A stretch of DNA of 27,852 nucleotides from Utricularia gibba. Taxonomy: Eukaryota > Plantae > Magnoliophyta. Position 1 is the first letter of the stretch. Each line of letters begins with the position of its first letter. Made by a program: the position numbers and the translations under genes. The stretch spans positions 1-27,852 of the forward strand of contig NEEC01000452.1 of NCBI GenBank assembly GCA_002189035.1, given 5' to 3'. The notes beneath the pieces were generated by a model that saw nothing but the letters and a program-made list of their open reading frames with translations, was not told the DNA's origin and ran no database searches. Shown here piece after piece: positions 24,601 through 27,852 of the stretch.

Positions 24601-27600
24601 ACATCGTCGCATGAAATACATATGTTTTGCATGTCAAAAATCACATTCGCATCGAGTCAGGTGTCCTGAGTCACATTTTCGCGAACGTGGTGGCCACTTC
24701 GTTGCACATCTGAAGGCTAATATAAGGCAATCTTCGAGCATTTGTGCCTCCTCGGACGAACAAGTTCTCACACGAAAAAAGACCGGCTCGGAACGAGCTT
24801 CGAAATGGTATGCTTTGTGCAACATGACTCATCACCATTTGTAAGATATCCACTCGATACCGAAGAGTGCACGAGCCACCATGAGGTTGTGGCTAGCCAC
24901 ACACCGATGCATCTTAAATGATCATCTCGAAATCCGAAATTTCACATCGTCACATGAAATACATATGTTTTGCATGTCAAAAAATCACATTCGCATCGAG
25001 TCAGGTGTCCCGAGTCACATTTTCGCGAACGTGGTGGCCACTTCGTTGCACATCTGAAGGCTAATATAAGGCAATCTTTCGAGCATTTGTGCCTCCTCGG
25101 ACGAACAAGTTCTCCACACGAAAAAAAGACGGCTCGGAACGAGCTTCGAAATGGTATGCTTGTGCAACATGACTCATCACCATTTGTAAGATATCCACTC
25201 GATACCGAAGAGTGCACGAGGCCACCATGAGGTTGTGGCTAGCCACACACACCGATGCATCTTAAATGATCATCTCGAAATCCGAAATTTCACATCGTCG
25301 CATGAAATACATATGTTTTGCATGTCAAAAATCACATTCGCATCGAGTCAGGTGTCCCGAGTCACATTTTCGCGAACGTGGTGGCCACTTCGTTGCACAT
25401 CTGAAGGCTAATATAAGGCAATCTTTCGAGCATTTGTGCCTCCTCGGACGAACAAGTTCTCACACGAAAAAAAGACCGGCTCGGAACGAGCTTCGAATGG
25501 TATGCTTTGTGCAACATGACTCATCACCATTTGTAAGATATCCACTCGATACCGAAGAGTGCACGAGGCCACCATGAGGTTGTGGCTAGCCACACACCGA
25601 TGCATCTTAAATGATCATCTCGAAATCCGAAATTTCACATCGTCGCATGAAATACATATGTTTTGCATGTCAAAAATCACATTCGCATCGAGTCAGGTGT
25701 CCTGAGTCACATTTTCGCGAACGTGGTGGCCACTTCGTTGCACTCTGAAGGCTAATATAAGGCAATCTTTCGAGCATTTGTGCCTCCTCGGACGAACAAG
25801 TTCTCACACGAAAAAAGACCGGCTCGGAACGAGCTTCGAAACGGTATGCTTTGTGCAACATGACTCATCACCATTTGTAAGATATCCACTCGATACCGAA
25901 GAGTGCACGAGGCCACCATGAGGTTGTGGCTAGCCACACACCGATGCATCTTAAATGATCATCTCGAAATCCGAAATTTCACATCGTCACATGAAATACA
26001 TATGTTTTGCATGTCAAAAATCACATTCGCATCGAGTCAGGTGTCCCGAGTCACATTTTCGCGAACGTGGTGGCCACTTCGTTGCACATCTGAAGGCTAA
26101 TATAAGGCAATCTTTCGAGCATTTGTGCCTCCTCGGACGAACAAGTTCTCCACACGAAAAAGACCGGCTCGGAACGAGCTTCGAAATGGTATGCTTGTGC
26201 AACATGACTCATCACCATTTGTAAGATATCCACTCGATACCGAAGAGTGCACGAGGCCACCATGAGGTTGTGGCTAGCCACACACCGATGGCATCTTAAA
26301 TGATCATCTCGAAATCCGAAATTTCACATCGTCACATGAAATACATATGTTTTGCATGTCAAAAATCACATTCGCATCGAGTCAGGTGTCCCGAGTCACA
26401 TTTTCGCGAACGTGGTGGCCACTTCGTTGCACATCTGAAGGCTAATATAAGGCAATCTTTCGCATTTGTGCCTCCTCGGACGAACAAGTTCTCAACGAAA
26501 AAAGACTGGCTCGGAACGAGCTTCGAAATGGTATGCTTTGTGCAACATGACTCATCACCATTTGTAAGATATCCACTCGATACCGAAGAGTGCACGAGGC
26601 CACCATGAGGTTGTGGCTAGCCACACACCGATGACATCTTAAATGATCATCTCGAAATCCGAAATTTCACATCGTCGCATGAAATACATATGTTTTGCAT
26701 GTCAAAAATCACATTCGCATCGAGTCAGGTGTCCTGAGTCACATTTTCGCGAACGTGGTGGCCACTTCGTTGCACATCTGAAGGCTAATATAAGGCAATC
26801 TTCGAGCATTTGTGCCTCCTCGGACGAACAAGTTCTCAACGAAAAAAGACCGGCTCGGAACGAGCTTCGAAATGGTATGCTTTGTGCAACATGACTCATC
26901 ACCATTTGTAAGATATCCACTCGATACCGAAGAGTGCACGAGGCCACCATGAGGTTGTGGCTAGCCACACACCATGGCATCTTAAATGATCATCTCGAAA
27001 TCCGAAATTTCACATCGTCACATGAAATACATATGTTTTGCATGTCAAAAATCACATTCGCATCGAGTCAGGTGTCCCGAGTCACATTTTCGCGAACGTG
27101 GTGGCCACTTCGTTGCACATCTGAAGGCTAATATAAGGCAATCTTTCGAGCATTTGTGCCTCCTCGGACGAACAAGTTCTCCACACGAAAAAAGACTGGC
27201 TCGGAACGAGCTTTGAAACGGGTATGCTATGTGCAACATGACTCATCACCATTTGTAAGATATCCACTCGATACCGAAGAGTGCACGAGGCCACCATGAG
27301 GTTGTGGCTAGCCACACACCGATGGCATCTTAAATGATCATCTCGAAATCCGAAATTTCACATCGTCGCATGAAATACATATGTTTTGCATGTCAAAAAT
27401 CACATTCGCATCGAGTCAGGTGTCCCGAGTCACATTTTCGCGAACGTGGTGGCCACTTCGTTGCACATCTGAAGGCTAATATAAGGCAATCTTTCGAGCA
27501 TTTGTGCCTCCTCGGACGAACAAGTTCTCACACGAAAAAGACCGGCTCGGAACGAGCTTCGAAATGGTATGCTTTGTGCAACATGACTCATCACCATTTG

Positions 27601-27852
27601 TAAGATATCCACTCGATACCGAAGAGTGCACGAGGCCACCATGAGGTTGTGGCTAGCCACACACCGATGGCATCTTAAATGATCATCTCGAAATCCGAAA
27701 TTTCACATCGTCGCATGAAATACATATGTTTTGCATGTCAAAAATCACATTCGCATCGAGTCAGGTGTCCCGAGTCACATTTTCGCGAACGTGGTGGCCA
27801 CTTCGTTGCACATCTGAAGGCTAATATAAGGCAATCTTTCGAGCATTTGTGC

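Larger units (their letters stand above)
1..27852. repeat. Tandem satellite DNA array, ~346-bp monomer, 81 complete copies plus a 17-bp partial copy, all in one orientation
   Basis: The landmark TTAAATGATCATCTCGAAATCCG (with minor variants) recurs 81 times, at 190, 535, 882, 1224, 1570 ... 27334, 27679. That is 80 intervals over 27,489 bp (mean 343.6 bp, range about 326-348). The window starts with CTTTCGAGCATTTGTGC, which recurs at 347 and finally at 27836. There is no unique spacer or foreign insertion. Confidence 0.99.

Noticed and set aside
190-27660. The repeated 60-160 aa ORFs on both strands (MIISKSEISH..., MASHNLMVAS..., MHSSVSSGY...)
   Set aside because: They are translations of the same satellite monomer. 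Single-base indels shift frame freely between copies, all frames are partly open, and I recognise no protein domain. They are not called as CDS.
1-27852. Rolling-circle concatemer of one small circle (viroid-sized RNA, eccDNA or RCA product)
   Set aside because: Copies of a single template should differ only by random error. Here linked substitution haplotypes alternate and cluster by position, which fits a genomic array.
1-27852. CRISPR array
   Set aside because: There are no unique spacers, the unit is 346 bp and fully repeated, and no cas genes are present.
1-27852. Telomeric repeats, inversions or transposon insertions that would localise the array
   Set aside because: None were seen. 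All 81 landmarks are in the same orientation at near-constant spacing, so chromosomal position cannot be inferred from this window.

Overview
The whole 27,852-bp window is one uninterrupted head-to-tail tandem satellite array. It holds 81 complete monomers (1..27835) plus 17 bp of an 82nd. The first monomer is 346 bp and the mean period is about 343.6 bp, lowered by many small deletions. Counted on monomer 1, GC is about 46% and there are 23 CpG (observed/expected about 1.25). I find no gene, transposon, RNA gene, CRISPR array, inversion or telomeric tract, and every ORF in the supplied track is a re-reading of the same monomer. I see no evidence for a new gene-based system. The interesting structure lies in the copy-to-copy variation and the monomer design. 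(1) Two monomer types alternate as a roughly 690-bp dimer over about 3.3-15.7 kb, with two phase slips. (2) Five recurrent substitutions are CpG transitions. (3) The indel spectrum changes abruptly near 15-16.5 kb, probably a sequencing or consensus junction. (4) Each monomer is dense in dyad symmetries and carries an exact ATGACTCAT bZIP site. (5) The monomer shares ordered exact blocks with the maize 180-bp knob repeat as I recall it, suggesting a grass (Poaceae) ~350-bp satellite. That taxonomic assignment is an inference needing a database search. In the findings, 'unit n' means the monomer starting at the nth ATGATCATC landmark (unit 1 = 190, unit 2 = 535, ... unit 81 = 27679).
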